A program made the translations under genes and the position numbers. Positions 1 through 15,999 of a DNA stretch of 64,000 nucleotides are shown piece by piece. How positions within the stretch are numbered: position 1 is the stretch's first letter; every line of letters begins with the position of its first letter. The notes beneath the pieces are model-generated. The model saw nothing but the letters and a program-made list of their open reading frames with translations. It was not told the DNA's origin and ran no database searches. The stretch is from assembly GCF_009914755.1 (NCBI RefSeq), contig NC_060929.1; one strand, given 5' to 3'. Source of the stretch: the human T2T-CHM13v2.0 reference genome, Homo sapiens.

Positions 1-129
1 CAGACTGATAATCTCCATGATCTCTGAGGTCAGCCTGCACAACTCAGAATAATGATGATGTAAGGAGAAAGTGGTGATGATGGCAACAATAATAATGGCA
101 ATGATGATAATAGTAGTTATTGTAGTGGT

Positions 130-340
130 TTTAATTTCCTGACTGTTTCTGTGTGCTAAGATTTACTTCACGTGGATTTTCATACTTGATCCTTTTGATA
201 AATGTGTGAAATACATATTATTGATTCCCTTATTTTATAGTTGATGTAACAGATGTACAGAGATGTTAAGTAATCTGCACAAGGTCACACAGTTAAAAGA
301 GGCTAAGGCAGGATATGCACTCCTATAGCTATGTTATGCT
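130..340 (-). mobile_element. MIR SINE fragment (approximate bounds)
   Basis: MIR core-like text: ATTTTATAGTTGATGTAACAGATGTACAGAGATGTTAAGTAATCTGCACAAGGTCACACAG. Confidence 0.65.
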
Positions 341-619
341 CTGCTGAATAGATTTCATGTGATGGCTCTGAGTCGTTCAGAAAATGTTAAATTGTATGCA
401 GCCCTTTTTGGTTAGGAAGACAGAGAAAACTGTAGTATGCTTAGAGGAATAAACGTCAGCTTATTCAGAATCACTCATTCTATTTTATCTAAATGCAAGT
501 GTGTGTGAGGGACAACTAAACAAGGCCATGTGACAAACTTCTCAAGGATAGGGAGGAAATGGCAGATGTGTATTTATTATGGGCTTTAGTCAAATCAGCA
601 CGGTCTGATGAAGGCCATT

Positions 620-960
620 TGCGATGTCTGAGATGAGGGCGGATGATGCAAAAACACTAGGGACTGTTATTGAAAATTTATTGGATGATAGCAAAGCCTT
701 TCAAAATTGTCTAAGGGAAATTTTTTTTTAAAAACAACCCTGTAACCATAGATAAGTTAGAATAAAATTCAAAAGCAAGAAAGATACTGAAACAGCCAGG
801 ACAATCCTTAGCATTGGGTACAGACAGGATGAAACTATTTTTTTCTCCTATGAAAGCGTAATGTCTTGGTAATTAAGAAAAAATTAGCCAATGTACTCTA
901 TCAGGTGTCAGTCTCTATAGACTGGGTGTGCAGATGTCTAGAAAACCACATCATAAAGAA
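620..960 (+). mobile_element. Possible ancient CR1/L3-type LINE RT fragment
   Basis: A + frame near 630-715 reads ADDAKTLGTVIENLLDDSKAFQNCL, resembling the CR1 RT segment FADDTKLGG...LEDR..IQ.DL; degenerate RMK..KC.VL-like sequence follows. Confidence 0.3.
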
Positions 961-1683
961 GTCTTGCTCTCTCAGGCTCAAAAGTGGAGTAAGTTTTCTT
1001 TGACATAACTAATTTGTATCAAGTTAAAAAATAATCAGTGACCTATTAGATAAAATTTCGTGCATGTATATCAGGATATACACAATTGCTAACAATTTGA
1101 TTCACAGACATGTTAAATTGAACAGATCATGAAATATTAGAACAGACAATAAAAGCTAGAACCAAGTCAGCTAGTAATAAATGCTTGCAAATATAGAAAT
1201 GACCAAAAATTAGAAATATTTCTATAATTGAAAAACGCCTGACTTGAAAAAAGTATGTCTGGAAACTACCTGCCAAAGAAGACTGTAAAGAGAAATACGA
1301 ATCCCAAAGCTAGGGTGAAATCCATGTGTGAGTTTATAACATGGAAGATTATTAAAAATTGTTAGCTTAGTTGTATTTCTGATGATTTCATCATTGATGA
1401 AGTGGTATAGGGAACCTAAGATTAGAAAAAGACCCTAGTCAGATGTCCATATAAATTCCAAAAATAATGGCTGAACTAGAACACACAAAGAACAATGTTA
1501 AAATCCTAAATATTCACATTTCCTGAATTTTTAAAAAACTTTACTAGACATCTCTTTAATAGCCATAACGTGAATGGTGATTTAAAAATGATTTATTGTT
1601 CTAGAATGAAATATAGAAAACTAAAGTCAGCTCTTGAAAATAATTGCACATTCATTTTTTTCATTTTGAACATGTAGGATGAC

Positions 1684-2038
1684 TTTTTTTTTTTTTTTTG
1701 CTGGGGGTCGGGGGCTGAGGGGGTGGGGGGGTGGGGGATTGAGGGGGTGGGGGGGTGGGGAGACAGAGTCTTGCTCTGTTGCCCAGACTGGAGTGCAGTG
1801 ACGTGATCTCGGCTCCTGCAACTTCTGACCCCTGGGTTCAAGCGATTCTCTTGCCTCAGCCTCCTGAGTAACTGGGATTACAGGCACATGCCACCATGGC
1901 TGGCTAATTTTTGTATTTTTAGTAGAGATGGGGTTTTGCTATGTTGGTCAGGCTGTTCTCAGACTGCTGACCTCATGATCCACCCGCCTCAACCTCCCAA
2001 AGTGCTAAGATTACAGGCGTGAGCCACCATGCCCGGCC
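1684..2038 (-). mobile_element. AluS with a G-rich insertion between tail and body
   Basis: T tail 1684-1699, G-rich 1700-1760, Alu body 1761-2038; TSD AGGATGAC at 1676-1683 and 2039-2046. Confidence 0.95.
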
Positions 2039-2959
2039 AGGATGACATTTATACAACCTTTCTTTTATATTTCATACCTTTTATTCACTGAATTACAATA
2101 TGTTTCCATATCATATGCTGTGCTGTAGTAGATACTATTGGTTTTTAATATTCTCAAATTGAATTGTGGTGATTTATCTTCATAAATAGACCAAAGCCTT
2201 AAAATATGTAAATCAATACATTTTCTAAACAATGTATGACATTATATAATTATGTCTTCAGTAATTTAATGCATAAACAATGTGATTCTTATGTGCACTA
2301 GAGTCTTTTGTATAAAACAATGCAATAGAGGTTCAATAAAACCTATAGTGTAGTGTGGCTTTAAATGTCTTAAGCCCAGAGTTCACTTTATGATAAATGG
2401 ACTTGGGATATTATTTTTGAGAGAAACTTAGACATACATTATGATATCCTAAACAGTATGCAAAGTTTGAAAGTAGACAATTAAAGTTTGGGGAAATGTC
2501 AGAGTAAGTAGTAACATATAATATTTACACCCACACTTCTACATAGATTCCACTATCTCATACTACTTATTGTGTGATGAATGATTTATTTCTACTAGGC
2601 ATGTTTATCATGGACAGCTCTAATAAAAGCTAGACTGGGTGGGGAATGAACTCAGACAGCTTCTCTTTCTTCAGGAACAAGTAGGTTGATAGTAAATAGA
2701 AAGGTTCCTATTATTTTTTATAAAGTTGGATCAGAAAATGACATATATATGTTGTGTGGACATTTGGATATAGAAATAGCATAGATTATATCCTTATCAG
2801 AGACAGTAATATATTTCAAATAGTAGTTCTCAGTTTTATTTAATACATGTTCCCCCTTCTTTCCATATCCCCTACTTATTATCATAAAATTCTTCTTCCC
2901 ATTTCTAAGATCCTTACACACTTTCTTCCCTACCAACCTAGCTGAGAAATATTAATTTA

Positions 2960-3500
2960 AAACATGATTCTGAATAACAGTGACTCAATTTTTGATCTGG
3001 GAACAGCCCTCCTCTCTCTAGGTCCATATGGTTTGGTTGAGCTTATTCCAACACTAGCCTAGGAAGTGGGCAATGTCTCATATGGATTATTTATCCCTGG
3101 CTGCAGTTCAGAGATTGATACTTGAAGAAAGTAGGTGCACAAGATTAAATTCCAAGAAAAAAAATTGTCATGGAATATTATGAAGGTTTATTCATTTATT
3201 TATTTTTCTGGGAGCAGGGGATTGCTTCCTGTAAGAAAAAGGCAAGGCTGGAAATGTCAGTAGCCATACTATAGAGAGGTCATACTTAAAATACAGTCAT
3301 CACAAAACTAAGTTGGACCAAGAAATGGAAAGTGATGGAATACTGATCATATTGTTTGAGTCTCTGGATCCAACCATGCCTGAAGCTAACATTTCCCCTG
3401 AGAATTTTTGTCATATAAAATAGCACATTAGTGCCTTTTTTTTCTTGGCCTTAATGAATTGAGTTGCCTTTCTGTCTATTGTATATAAAAGTATCCTATC
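2960..3500 (+). mobile_element. Old MaLR LTR (MLT1J/K/L-like)
   Basis: TTTGAGTCTCTGGATCCAACCATGCCTGAAGCTA...TTGAGTTGCCTTTCTGTCTATTG motifs typical of the old MLT1 3' half. Confidence 0.55.
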
Positions 3501-4599
3501 ACAAAAATGACTCATGGAGATATGTACATTCCAGCAATTAATTATTTATTTATCTGTTTGTCACACATATGTAAAATACAATATAATTCCCCTCTAGCTT
3601 GTTATTTCTCTTATCTACAATCTCTCCAGCATCATGAATATTGATTATATGTTTAATTACCAGAGTATAAATTATTTTTGGAGTGCAAACAATCACATTA
3701 TGATTGGATATTAACAATCATGTCCTCTTAACCCAGGTGTGGTTAGCTTATCGTATTGTTTAACTGCAACATTTTTATCCTTGAAACTGATACTATTCTT
3801 TTGTGCTTGGCCCATGGTTTTCCTAATTCATGACTTTGCTTGGTTTATGTATTTTGTTACCTATTTTCCCTCTCCCTTTTTTTTTTCCAACTGGGTCTCA
3901 GGATTGAATTGTTATTTGACTTATAGCTTCCTTTGCTTTCTCATGTATATGGTATTCCACACTACTACTAACTTATTCCTTTGTCATAGTTGCTCAATTG
4001 CTGACTGCCTCCCTATTTTTTCTTTTTCCCTTGACCAGTCTTAAAGCACTTTCCAGTAGATACTTTTATCAAAGGAGTTTTGTGAGCTAGGTATGCTTGG
4101 GTTCCTTGGTAACAGTGTCTCAGCACATAGTAGGCCTTCAATAGATGCTTACTAAATTAATATAAACTTACCTTAAGAAAATGCCATTCTAGAGTTCTGA
4201 GAAAATTAACTCTGTACCAAAGCTGCCTGATGTATACTCAGAGAGATGATTAGACAAAGAGATAAGTGAATTTATTAATCTTACCTTCTACGTAGAGTGA
4301 ATTTTGATGATGGCTGTTAACCACTCATTGCTATTTGGGCGGTGATAGTAGACATGTCTCTCTATTCAGTGAGGTTGGATCTTCCTGAAAATGCTCTATG
4401 AGCCAAACAATAAGACTTCAAATGATAGTAAACAATTGTTTATCTTTCAGTACAAGTTTCTATATTATTTCATCCATTTTTTAAAGTTTATGGGACTCCA
4501 GGGGGACTGTTAGGAAGGAAAGGCCACCGTGTCTTTGGCATTGTAATATTGCTGCACTCTGTGTTTCAGATGCTCTCCCATGCTCATTGACCAGAATCT

Positions 4600-5900
4600 G
4601 CCCTCATGGAGACCTCTAATGGCCTAGCTCCTCATTTTCTTCAGTCATTATTCCCTCTGACTGCACTTGCTTCCCTGCTTGGTCAGAATTTTCATCAGTC
4701 ACTTTTACACAGACCTAGCACTCTAGATTGCCTTGTACCTTTAACCTGTAGCCAGATCTGCTGTGTCTGGATAAACCCCTGACCAATTTATCATTTTTTA
4801 ATGCTCATAGGCTATAGAATATCTATGAAGAGTCACTGGAATGTGTCAGTTTGACTCATTGTGGCCTCCAATATATTTAGTACACTGCAAAAAGCAAATT
4901 TTTTATTCATATATCAATATCCTAGTAACACTTTTTCTAAATTTCAGATTACTTCAAACCTTTAATCTCATTCCATTAGTCTCAATCTTGTTAGATAATC
5001 TCATGTCCTGTTTTAACAATAGAGTTTATCTCTTTTGTCACTATTTTACCTATCTTCCTTCTTCTATACTCACAAATATCCTTTGTTTATACTCATCTTT
5101 CTTCCTTGCTTCCTTTCTGTATCTGAGGCAGATCTGCCCCTTTCTCTTTCTGGGGCTAATTTCAATCCATTTCCTCCTCACAGTCTTTGCTCCCTCATTA
5201 TTTTCTTAATTTAAAACATCTTTAATCTTGTTACCTCCAAACCTTTCATCCCTGCAACCTGTAAAGTAAACAGGTTGCCAAAATTTTCACTATTACCAAC
5301 ATTATGGATTCAAAATTAACAACCATTGTGTCTGCATAATTATGTACTCTAATTTTAAGCCACTATTTATTTAGCATTGCCACCTTTGTGCCTACTGAAA
5401 TCCTCTCTTTAAATTCGCTGACAAAATCCTATTTGCCAAATTCAACAATTTTTTTCTCTGTTTATACTCTCTGGACATTTGGCTCTGTCTGCTGCCTTGT
5501 CATTAAAACTATTTCTCCTTTTGTCCATCCTGAGGACTATGTTTTTCTTAACAGTGGACTCTTCCTGAAACTCCCCCCGCCCACTCCTATTTCTACTTAA
5601 TTTGCACTTTATATCTGCTTGGAGATTTCATATACTACTATGAGAGTCATTTTTTGTAATACTGCTTTATCATGCCACTATGATGCTTGAAACCAGGACA
5701 AGTTCTAAACATCACAGTATGCCATCCAAGGACAGCAGCCTTGGCCTAACCTACCTTCCCTGTCAGCTTCTACGCCATCCCAGGGATCCTATGCTCTATC
5801 TCAGCTCATTTTCTCACTTCACTAAAATTGTTCCCATGGTTAGAATACTTTCCTTCCATTTCACCACCTAAAATTTCCATGATTGGGAAGAGTTACTTTT
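4600..5900 (+). mobile_element. Highly decayed L2 LINE
   Basis: Pyrimidine-rich tract with L2-like phrases (e.g. ACTCTCTGGACATTTGGCTCTGTCTGCTGCC). Confidence 0.4.
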
Positions 5901-7944
5901 AGCAGCTACCACAAAGCTTTTGCTAGAATTTCCAAGCATCTGTGATGAACAGAAAAATTAAGTCACTCCTGCTTGCTTTGAAATATCTCCTTCCTATGTG
6001 GGGGAAGTTATATTCATTAACTTCCAGATGAGATATTAGCAGCATGTTGGTGTGTGCTAATGAATATCTAAAGAGTGCCAGAACTTGGCTAGTCTTAGGG
6101 ATTGTCTAAGTGAAAAAACATATCCTGTGCTCAGAAGGATCTCACAGCTAGCTTGTACATTAGGACATTAAGCCTAGGTTTAGCTCATATCTGAAAGCTT
6201 TAACTAGTATGAGTATGGCAATATTTATTTTTTAAATTAAAGTACTCCTGATTGTGGGAGCTAATGAGATGTTTTATCAGTATTCTTAAAATCATGGCAA
6301 GTTCACTTTCATTTTTTTACCACAATCAGTGACACTTTGGGGTTAGAATGTGAAATTCCACTATTTTTCTTGATGTAGTATTTCTTATCCAATTCTAGAA
6401 TATGGAAAAGTCCACATTAGGTGAGTTTATAATTCATTTTTGACTTAATAAATTTCTAAACAAAAATCCTATCCACTCCTATTTAAAGATTTTCAGAAGA
6501 GAATCATTATATTAGCCCATTCTCACATTGCTATGAAGAAATACCCAAGACTGGGTAATTTATAAAGAAAAGGGGTTTAATTGACTCACAGTTCTGCATG
6601 GCTGGGAAGGCCTCAGGAAACTTACAATCATGTTGGAACACACCTCTTCACAGGGCAGGAAGAGAGAGAATGAGTGCCAGCAGAAGCAATGCCAGATGCT
6701 TATAAAACCATCAGATCTCATGAGAGCTTACTCACTATCAGGGGGAAATTGCCCCCATGATTGAGTTACCGCTACTTGGTCCCACCCTTGGCACATGGTG
6801 ATCATTACAATTCAAGGTGAGATGTGGAGGGGTACACAGAGCCAAACCATATCATTCGGCCCCTCGGCCCCTCCCAAATCTTATGTCCTTACATTTCAAA
6901 ACAAAATCATGCCTTCCCAAAAGTCCCCCAAAGTCTTAACTCATTCCAGCATTAATCCAAGAGTCCAAGTCCAAAGTCTCATCTGAGACAAGGCAAGTCC
7001 CTTCTGCCTATGAGCCTGTAAAATAGAAAGCAAGTTAGTTACTTCCTAGTCATAATGGGAGTGCAGGCATTGGGCAAATACACCCATTACAAATGGAGAA
7101 ATTGTCCGAAACAAAGGGGCTACAGGCCCCAGGTAAGTCCAAAATCCAATAGGGCAGTCATTAAAACTTAAAGATCCAAAATGATCTCCTTTGACTCCAT
7201 GTCTCACATCCAGGTCACACTGATTCAAGAGATGGGTTCTCACAGCCTTGGGCAGCTTCACCCCAGTGGCTTTGCAGGGTACAGCCGTGCTCCTGGCTGT
7301 TTTCACGGTCTGACGTTGAGTGCCTGTGGCTTGTCCAGGCACATGGTGCAAGCTATTGGTGGATCTACCATTCTAGGGGCTGGAGGATGGTGGCCCTTTT
7401 CTCACAGCTCCACTATGCAGTGCCCCAGTGGAGACTCTGTGTGGGGGCTCCAACCCTATATCTCCCTTTAGCACTGCCCTAGCATAGGTTCTCCATGAGG
7501 GCTCCTCCCCTGCAGCAAACTTCTGCCTGGACCTCCAGGCGTTTCCATAAATCCTTTGAAATCTAGGCAGAGATTCCCAAACCTAAATTCTTGACTTCTG
7601 TGCATCCACAGTCTCAACACCACATGGAATTCACCAAGGCTTGGGGCTTGCACCCTCTGAAGCAATGGCCCAAGCTGTACCTTGGCGCCTTTTATCCATG
7701 GCTGTAGCTGAAGCAGCTGAGACACGGGGCACCATGTCCTGAGGCTGCACAGAGCAGGGGTGCCCTGGGCCCACCCCATGAAACCATTTTTCCCTCCTAG
7801 GCCTCCAGGCCTGTGATGAAAATGGGTGCCAGGAAGGTCTCTGACATGCCCTGGAGACATTTTCCCCATTGTCTTGGTGATGAACATTCAGCTCCTCGTT
7901 ACTTATGCAAATTTTGGCAGCTGGCTTGAATTTCTCCCCAGAAA

Positions 7945-8147
7945 TTACTGTACTAGTCCATTCTCATGCTACTATGAAGAAATAACTGAGACTGGGTAAT
8001 TTACGAAGAAAAGAGGTTTAATTGACTCACAGTTCTGTGTGGCTAGGAAGGTCTCAGGAAACGTACAATCATGGTGGAAGGCACCTCTTCACAGGGTGGC
8101 AGGAGAGAGAATGAGTGACAGTAGGAAAGTGCCAGACACTTATAAAA
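7945..8147 (-). repeat. Third, partial THE1 LTR copy inside the internal region
   Basis: TTAC+TGTACTAGTCCATTCTCATGCT...GCCAGACACTTATAAAA matches 8935-9137. Confidence 0.9.
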
Positions 8148-8249
8148 TTGGGTTTTCTTTTCTATTGCATCGTCAGGCTGCAAATTTTCCAAACTTTTAT
8201 GCTCTGCTTCCTCTTGAATGCTTTGCTGCTTAGAAATTTCTTCTGCCTA

Positions 8250-8586
<337 letters not shown>

Positions 8587-10749
8587 CTAAATCATCTCTC
8601 TCAAGTTCAAAGTTTCATAGATCTCTAGGGTGGGGCAAAATGCCACCAGTCTCTTTGCTGAAGCATAGCAAGAGTCACCTTTATTCCAGTTCCCAACACA
8701 TTTCTCATCTCCATCTGAGACTACTTCGGCCTAGACTTCCTTGTCCATATCACTGTCAGGATTTTGGTCAAAGCCATTTAACAAGTTGCTAGGAAGTTCC
8801 AAACTTTCCCACATTTTCTTGTCTTCTTCTGAGCCCTACAAACTGTTTCAACCTCTGTTTGTTACCCAATTCCAAAGTTGCTTCCACATTTTTGGATATC
8901 TTTACAGCAATACCCCACTACTCCCAGTACCGATTTACTGTATTAGTCCATTCTCATGCTGCTATGAAGAAATACCCCAGACTAGGTAATTTATAAAGGA
9001 AAGAGGTTTAATTGTCTCACAGTTCCACATGGCTGGGAATGCCTCAGGAAACTTACAATCATGGTGGAAGGCAACTCTTCACAGGGTGGCAGGAGAGAGA
9101 AGGAGTGACAGCAGGAACATGCCAGACACTTACAAAATCATCAGATCTCATGAGAACTCACTTACCGTCACGAGAACAGCATGGGGAAAACCACCCCCAT
9201 GATTCAATTACCTCCACTTGGTCTTACCCCGTTGCCATGTGGGGATTATTACAATTCGAGGTGAGATTTGGGTGGGGACATGGAGCCAAACTGTATCAAT
9301 CATGCATGCTAAAAGAAAATATGATAGGTATACATTTACTCTATTGCCTGATTAAAACACAAACACAGAATTCCTCAAATAAAAGTTGTTTATCCAGATA
9401 CACAGCCACCATATTTTCTCATCTTTAAGAGATTATTATTAATATGTAATGTTATATTATGACCTCATATTCATGGGGGAAACAGAAGTACTCACTTTGT
9501 TTTTGTGTATCAGACACCAGACATTTGTTATAAATGCCAATGTCTTGCATACCTCAGTTTAAAATGTGTACATGCTATCATTTATGGGTTCCTCCAAATG
9601 TTGTATAGTTTCCAACCATAACTGAAATGGATGCAGTAAATAGAAAGACAAATTGAATTTTTTTCTTACAAGTCAGTTACACCTCTTTGTGAAGAATCAT
9701 CATCTGGTGACTTCAAATGATTTAAATTATATTTTTACTATGATCACATTTTATACAGCTATTTTAAGTTTTCTTGTGTTCTTTAGGCCATTTGAGGACA
9801 GTGAAGAATATACATTTTATATATAGTTTTTATTGTATTATATAACATATATAAATATAATTTGCCTTCTCTTATATTTATCTTAAGGAAATTGTCCAGA
9901 TTGGTTTTAAATGAACTATGTTTTCACATGAAATAGATTAGGAATTCTAGGCGACTTCATGGCACTATATTGAGACACTTTCTGTACTAACTCAGAAAGT
10001 AATAAAGCTTGAAAAGTTATATGGTGGATCCTAAAGAACCCGTAACAAGGAGTCTTCTAATTTCATATTATTCTGAGGCTGATGTGTGTCAACGTACAAG
10101 TCACAACACTTCTTCATGGTTTGGCTTCTTTACCCCCCTACCTAATGAGAATATTTGTGGAGATAACGCAACCACATTGGCTACAAAAATCTTCTACTGA
10201 TTTCACTTCTAAGATTGTGAAGAATTGTTAATCTGTGGTTGGGGCTAGACTTAGAAAATATGCAATTTTTTCTAAGCTTAAAGTTCCAAAACTTATCCCT
10301 TCCTTGTCAGCCTACTGTCCTCTGGGGTATAAATTTAACTTCAAATATATTTTGGTGCAGGAGTGAGGCAAAGCCTTTATGTACTGCAATAGTGACTATT
10401 ACCTTGGTCTCTGTCTCACTAGAGGTCTAACTGACTTCCTTGCATCCTACATAAGTGCTTTTTAAAAATAAAATTTGAGGGTCAGTTTTCCTTGATATAG
10501 AACTCCTTTGGACAGCAAGTCCTCTGACCTAAACCCAAGGGTCATTTCTTGGATATTAGGAATCTAATGAAGCATTTCTAGTACGTCCGAAAAAAATCCC
10601 TAGGGCAGATATCTTTGAAATTACTATTTCTCCTGATAGAAACATAATGCAAATATCTGATGTAAAAAGCTGGTCCAGTCTGTAAAATGTCTATTATATA
10701 CACAGAGGAGAGATTTAAAAAGTGATTTTAAAGTCACATTCTCCTTTCT

Positions 10750-11802
<1,053 letters not shown>

Positions 11803-12980
11803 TGTCTTTTGCTTCTTATTTTAACTTGGAACCACCAAATCCCCACAGTAGAAAGTAGATTCTTTGCTCGGTCAAGTTTAGTTTCCCTAACATGCTATAT
11901 TCTTCTGAATGAAGTTTCTACTATCTTCCCAGAATCCTTTCCCACCTTTTTCACATACATCTGACAGTAGAGCCATATCTCACTTCCAACTACACTAATC
12001 ATGTCATAGATTTTATGTCTCTGATTGCACTGTTTGGGATTCCATCAGCCTCCCACTTACCTGCTCCATCTGCTTTGTCCCCTAACAAAGTCCTCCTCAA
12101 ATATTCCCACTCAAATATTCACCTCCTTTGTGTAATCATCTCAGCAGGGAACTTCTTTCATGTTACAACAGTACTTTGCCCTAGCACTATTCCTCACAGA
12201 GTAGCATTTGTCACTCTTAGCCAGAGTCTAAGCTTCTTTATGGGGAAAGAGTAGGTATTGATTTTTTATGTATTTTCAAATCCTAGCAAAAGCTAGGTAT
12301 TCAGTAATGTGTGTAGAATGAAGTAACAAAAGATCAAATTTGTTTTACATTGAAGGTTGAACTAACAACTAGAATCTTTAGAGAGTAAGAACTCCCTCAG
12401 ATGCGGGTGAATTCCCTCATCATTCTTCCTTAAATTACCTTTCTTCTCTTTTTTTTTTCCACAGTTATTCTTGAATTTATTGTCTTAACTTTCATACCTC
12501 CTAAGACCACTTTATTTCAATTTCAGCCCCTGAAAATTTATGGAAGATTTTTAAGAAAATGGTAAACAACCACTGACAGGGAATTCTGGTAGAAATTGAA
12601 CTATCAGATGCTGGGTTGGACCAGATTAAATTTAAGGCCCTCTCTTGCCTTGATATTCTGTGAATTACCTTTCAGTAACTCACAAATTTATGGTGCCCTT
12701 CATGTCCCACCATATGGACTGTCATCTATTCCACTCTGTAGCCATGACTCTCTTGTGGAGCCTCTCTTTCATCCCCTAATTAGTGATACACAAGAGAGAA
12801 TGGGTGAAGTACTCATTTACCATCTTACCTGCTTCCTAACAAATCCACAGCCAAGGGGATGTGCTCTGCACAATCAGAGGTTTGTCCTGGCAGATGGGTA
12901 GGCTTGATTACGTATGTCCACATACTATTCTTTGTTGTCAGAGGCTAACAAAATGATGACATGGATAAAATGTGTGTGTG

Positions 12981-13341
<361 letters not shown>

Positions 13342-14126
13342 CTACATAAAAGAGAGAACAGTGTACTTTTCCATGTATAAAGAAAGTAGCAAAAAAAAAA
13401 AAAATAAGGTAGAGATAGATGTGAACACTGTGTCACATCCCATTGTTAAATGTATTCAGAAGGTCTGGGGTGAAGATGGTTCAGTGCACCTCTTCTGGTT
13501 ATACCTGGGCACGAAAGCTGGCAGAAGCAGATTTGACTCAGGACTAGCAGTTCTCTAGGACTAAATGGATATGGGAACAACAGGGTCTTGAGAACTCAAG
13601 TTGAATGTCAATTTCTGTCACAAATCTGACACATACTCAAAGATTTCATTACAGTCAAAGAGCAGTACTGGTGGGGCATTTAATAGGACTACTAAAATTT
13701 TAGATATTACCTTAGATCCCAGTATTTGTAACAAAAAATATTTAATTTAATGTCCTGATGCCCTATAGATAATTCTGCTCCTTCTGGTCGAGGGGTGATC
13801 ATTTCATTTCTTTGTTGATTATTTCCTGAAGACATGTTATATAAATACATTCTACCACAAGTGGTTAAAAACTTTCAAGTCTTGTTTCTTTGTGATTATA
13901 TGTGGCTGAAGTTTATTTCTCTAGAGTTATGTCGTTGAAAGCAATTTGGTTTAAGAGTCAGGACAAACAGTAGAAATTTATCCATATGACTTTCTATTGT
14001 ACTTACAGAAGCAAAGGCACTAAATAAGTTTATACAGGGCTCTGAAAATTTACTTTGAGCGGCGCAAGAAAATAAACATTTTGAAACAGCGTTCCTAGAA
14101 ATCTGGTTAATGCTAGCATCAGAAAT

Positions 14127-14148
14127 TGTGTGTGTGTGTGTGTGTGTG
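14127..14148. repeat. (TG)11 microsatellite
   Basis: Direct reading. Confidence 0.9.
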
Positions 14149-14276
14149 AGAGACAGAGGTGAGAGTGGATAGTAGGAGGTGAGAAAGACCTACAAACAAT
14201 AAGAAACAAAAATGTACTTCATCAAACATCTATAAAGTCAAAGAGGACAGAGACCATAAACAAATGAACACTTTCA

Positions 14277-14570
14277 GGCCAGGCGCGGTGGCTCACGCCT
14301 GTAATCCCAGCACTTTGGGAGGCCAAGGCGGGTGGATCACGAGGTCAGGAGTTCAAGACCAGACTGGCCAAGATGGTGAAAACCCATCTCTACTAAAAAT
14401 ACGAAAATTAGCTGGGCGTGGTGGTGCGCACCTGTAGTCCCAGCTACTCGGGAGGCTGAGACAGAGAATTGCTTGAACCCGGAAGGCGGAGGTTGCAGTG
14501 AGCCGAGATTGCGCCACTGCACTCCAGCCTGGGCGACAGAGCGAGACTCCTTCTCAAAAAAACAAAAACA
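14277..14570 (+). mobile_element. AluS (Sg-like)
   Basis: Full dimer, GGATCACGAGGTCAGGAGTTC; degenerate TSD AAACAAAT.A.CACTTT. Confidence 0.93.
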
Positions 14571-15999
14571 AAACAAATAAGCACTTTTGAAAACTTACTA
14601 GAAAGTCCAATTGAGGGTATGTGGGCTTGAAGCACATTAGGCATATCATTTAACCACCCAAAATTACACATTTCAAGTTCTTGTCAAACAAAGTTATATA
14701 TATCAGACACTTAAAATGAAAACTGACATGAGTACCAGCTATTGGCTGAAGACAACCCCTTAAGTTCACCTGTTAGCAGTATCTGTAACCTGCCTTTAGC
14801 TATAACTGATTCAAGTGTATGTCCTTGGATTAGAGAGCAAAGCATTCTTGTAGACAAAATTAATTGGTAAAATATAGCTATATGATTTAATGCACCAAAA
14901 ATGATTCACATGGAAGACAGAAATTAATTTATATTCATAACAAAATTACCCCTTGGCTTATTGACATCAGAGAGCAAAATAATTCTGGGATGGAGAGGAA
15001 TTCAGGTTAGAGCTGAGGGATTTTGCCAGTTATACAATTACCTTGTGGCCTGAAGGGGCCAGTGTCTTGCCCTAGGCAATGCTATCACTCTCAAGTATTC
15101 CAAAGCCCTAAACAAGTCACTCAATTCTCTACCAAAATTGTATGCATAGATGATAATCCAGGGGAACTGGGGAGCTCCAGATGCCCTATTATTAATATCT
15201 GGCCTCCAATATTTCATTCAGAAAGTAATGACTTTGGTTCCTTGGACCCTCAGCAAGAAACTAAAACAAATGTGACTACACTTTATAATAAGTGACAAAT
15301 CTCTCCTTGCTCCCTTTTGGTATTCATTGTGATATCATTAATCAGTGCTGAACTCCTGATAATAAATCTTGATGCTCCCAATAATGTGAAAATGCATTAT
15401 TCCCCTGTTGTCCAGTATTCTGTATGCCACACTCTTTGTTATAAACAACTAGAAAGTTCTAGGAAAAGCTTTTAGTTTAAATTCAGCTATTCAACTATTT
15501 CACTTTTGAGACTATCATGACTACCTTGGGATCTCATTAACTGTGAAGATTGCTTTGTCATTTGTTTATTTTCCCTGGAAGGAAAATAAAATTCTTTCTT
15601 TTTGATTTTGAACCTGTAGTCTAGTAATGTTTGTTTTTTCAATCTATATACTATGAATATGCATATTTGCCTGTTTTAGTATCCAAGGCAGATGATGGAC
15701 ATAAAAAGAGAGAGAAAAATTAGGTCCATTTGATCCACTTCCTGATGGAAACATTATCCATCTGTTCTTAATAGACCGTAATCAGCCCTATTTATTTTCC
15801 ATTTTTTTTCCTAAAAGAAATTGATAAAGACAAAATAAAAGATGCATTTAGGACTTGAGAAAAATAGTTTCCTCATTATGAATCTTTACTAGATCAAATT
15901 CATATTGTGTCACAGATTACATCATGAAAGCAATATTAACAAATTAAAATAATACTCTTACAATGTGCAATCAAAACAGGAACAGTTGGCATTTGGTGT

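Noticed and set aside
50-130. ATG/AAT-rich degenerate trinucleotide tract
   Set aside because: Low-complexity sequence next to a MIR
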